Shown here piece by piece: positions 61,602 through 64,000 of a stretch of 64,000 nucleotides of DNA. A program made the position numbers and the translations under genes. The notes under the pieces are model-generated. The model had not been told where the DNA came from, did no database searches, and was given only the letters and a program-made list of their open reading frames with translations. This DNA comes from an uncultured Candidatus Thioglobus sp. GTDB taxonomy: Bacteria > Pseudomonadota > Gammaproteobacteria > PS1 > Pseudothioglobaceae. Position 1 is the stretch's first letter, and each line of letters starts with the position of its first letter. The stretch is taken from assembly GCA_964516395.1 (NCBI GenBank), contig CAZEYU010000004.1:1348-65347 (forward strand), in the 5' to 3' direction.

Positions 61602-64000
61602 CTAGTGTAGAGATTGTAATGATCGAACTGTAATGGTCTCATGCGTTTTCAAACCATCTAACATGGCAAATGCAGCAGATACAGTGGTTGTAAATGGAAC
61701 TTTATGCACAAGCGCTTGACAACGAATAGCGCCCGCATCTGTAGCACCTTGCGTGTCTTCTGTTGAATTAATGATTAAATCGATATCCTCATTTTTAATC
61801 ATATCAACAATATGTGGAGAACCTTCAGAAACTTTATTAACCACCTCACACTCAAGCCCTGCCTCAACCAACATATCTCGATTACTTCTTGTAGCAACAA
61901 TGTCAAACCCTTGTTGTGTTAGTTTATTGCCCAGCTCTACCAAATCATCACGATCAAGCTTTCTAAGGCTAACAAACACTTTACCATTTTCTGGTGCACG
62001 ATCACCAGCAGCGAGTTGTGCTTTATCAAAGGCTGAGGCAAAATCATCGCCCACACCCATCACTTCACCCGTTGAACGCATTTCAGGACCTAGAATTGGA
62101 TCCACACCTAAGAATTTATTAAATGGGAATACCGCCTCTTTTACGCTGTAATGCTTAGGAATTACTTCTGATGTAAAGTTTAATTCTTTCAATGTTTTGC
62201 CCGACATAACACGAGCAGCGATATTAGCCAGTGGCTCACCAATGGCTTTAGAAACAAATGGCACTGTTCGTGAAGCACGAGGATTTACCTCAATTACATA
62301 AATTTCACCATCTTGATAAGCTAATTGTGTATTCATTAATCCTACCACATTAAGCTCTTTTGCCATGGCGATAACCTGATCGCGCATTTTATCTAAAACA
62401 TCATTCGGTAATGAATAAGGAGGCAATGAACAAGCTGAATCACCTGAGTGAATACCGGCTTGCTCAATATGTTGCATAATGCCGCCAATCACCACATCTT
62501 CACCATCAGAAATAACATCAATATCTACTTCAATCGCGTGATCTAAGAATGAGTCTAATAATACTGGCGAGTCATTAGAAACTTGAACCGCAGTATGCAT
62601 ATAATGATCCAAACTATCTTTATCATAAACAATTTCCATTGCTCGCCCGCCTAATACATAAGATGGTCGAACTACCAGTGGGAATCCAATAGCATCAGCG
62701 ATATCCACCGCTTGTTCTAATGATCTTGCGGTGCCGTTTAATGGCTGCTTAAGGTTTAGTTTTTGAATCATCTGCTGGAATCTTTCACGATCCTCAGCAA
62801 GATCAATCGCATCTGGGCTAGTGCCAATAATAGTAGCGCCACTCTTTTCTAAAGCGTCAGCTAACTTCAGTGGCGTTTGACCACCATAATGTACAATAAT
62901 GCCATCTGGATTTTCAGTATCAACAACAGCCAGTACATCTTCAAGTGTTAATGGCTCGAAATACAAGCGATCTGAAATATCATAATCTGTTGAAACTGTT
63001 TCTGGATTACAGTTCACCATAATGGTTTCATAACCATCTTCACGCAGTGCTAAAGAGGCGTGTACACAACAATAGTCAAACTCAATACCTTGTCCAATAC
63101 GATTTGGTCCACCACCTAAAATCATGATTTTCTTATTATTAGTTGGTTGCGCTTCACATTCCATCTGATAAGTGGAGTACATGTAAGCAGTTTGTGTATC
63201 AAACTCTGCTGCACAAGAATCTACACGTTTAAATACTGGCTTAACATTAAGCGCTTTACGTCTTTCTCGTACTGATGATTCGCTACAATTTAATAGTTGT
63301 GATAAGCGTGCATCTGAAAAGCCTTTACGCTTAAGATTAAACATTTGATTCTGCTCGATATCTGCAATACTAGCACCATTGATTTGCATTTCATTTGAAA
63401 CAATGTCTTCAATTTGAGCTAAGAACCATGGATCTACTTTTGACAAATCAAACACTTCTTCAAGTGTCATGCCTAATCTGAAAGCATCTGCTAAATAGAA
63501 AATGCGATCACCACGTGCTGAAATACACTCACTACGAATTTTATTCTTTGCATCGTCTGCACTAAGGTCAACCACTGGATCAAGACCTACTCGATCAGTC
63601 TCTAGACCTCTTAAAGCTTTTTGCAATGACTCTTGGAAAGTTGAACCCATTGCCATTACCTCACCCACTGACTTCATTTGAGTGGTTAGGCGATCATCTG
63701 CTTTTGGAAATTTTTCAAATGCAAATCTTGGAATTTTAGTTACAACATAATCAATACTTGGCTCGAATGATGCTGGTGTTTTTCCACCTGTAATATCATT
63801 ATCAAGTTCGTCAAGTGTATAACCTATGGCTAATTTTGCTGCCACTTTTGCAATTGGGAATCCAGTTGCTTTGGAGGCAAGTGCTGATGAACGCGATACA
63901 CGTGGATTCATCTCAATAATAGTAAGACGACCATCTTCAGGGTTTAGCGCAAACTGCACATTTGAGCCACCTGTGTCTACACCAATTTCTCTAAGAACTG
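61602..64000 (-). CDS. carB: Carbamoyl-phosphate synthase large subunit; 5' part lies outside the window
   Basis: [39 protein letters not shown]; frame stays open to the window edge ([16 protein letters not shown]). Confidence 0.97.
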   Translation of the reverse strand, partial: VLREIGVDTGGSNVQFALNPEDGRLTIIEMNPRVSRSSALASKATGFPIAKVAAKLAIGYTLDELDNDITGGKTPASFEPSIDYVVTKIPRFAFEKFPKADDRLTTQMKSVGEVMAMGSTFQESLQKALRGLETDRVGLDPVVDLSADDAKNKIRSECISARGDRIFYLADAFRLGMTLEEVFDLSKVDPWFLAQIEDIVSNEMQINGASIADIEQNQMFNLKRKGFSDARLSQLLNCSESSVRERRKALNVKPVFKRVDSCAAEFDTQTAYMYSTYQMECEAQPTNNKKIMILGGGPNRIGQGIEFDYCCVHASLALREDGYETIMVNCNPETVSTDYDISDRLYFEPLTLEDVLAVVDTENPDGIIVHYGGQTPLKLADALEKSGATIIGTSPDAIDLAEDRERFQQMIQKLNLKQPLNGTARSLEQAVDIADAIGFPLVVRPSYVLGGRAMEIVYDKDSLDHYMHTAVQVSNDSPVLLDSFLDHAIEVDIDVISDGEDVVIGGIMQHIEQAGIHSGDSACSLPPYSLPNDVLDKMRDQVIAMAKELNVVGLMNTQLAYQDGEIYVIEVNPRASRTVPFVSKAIGEPLANIAARVMSGKTLKELNFTSEVIPKHYSVKEAVFPFNKFLGVDPILGPEMRSTGEVMGVGDDFASAFDKAQLAAGDRAPENGKVFVSLRKLDRDDLVELGNKLTQQGFDIVATRSNRDMLVEAGLECEVVNKVSEGSPHIVDMIKNEDIDLIINSTEDTQGATDAGAIRCQALVHKVPFTTTVSAAFAMLDGLKTHETITVRSLQSLH

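Overview
AT-rich, gene-dense chromosomal window from a sulfur-oxidising gammaproteobacterium. Gene content, gene order and compaction suggest the SUP05/Thioglobaceae clade (inference). It carries a complete reverse-dsr cluster (dsrABEFHCMKLJOPNR), a probable type VI Sqr, oadGAB, many housekeeping genes, two tRNAs (Ser-GCT, Leu-CAA), a Phd-VapC toxin-antitoxin pair and an exported ATP-dependent DNA ligase. I saw no CRISPR array, rRNA, transposase or prophage. Three signals stand out. (1) A recurring ~140-bp noncoding element sits in the only three large convergent intergenic gaps: two AAAAATTT-N3-AAATTTTT-type palindromic boxes 121-123 bp apart, ~10-bp-phased A/T tracts and dyad symmetry. (2) An uncharacterised exported alpha/beta-fold domain occurs twice with a TlpA thioredoxin, once as a split gene pair beside a cytochrome c4 and once as a fusion. 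(3) DsrJ and DsrO lack cysteine ligands expected for their families. All calls come from motif recognition by eye; no searches were run.
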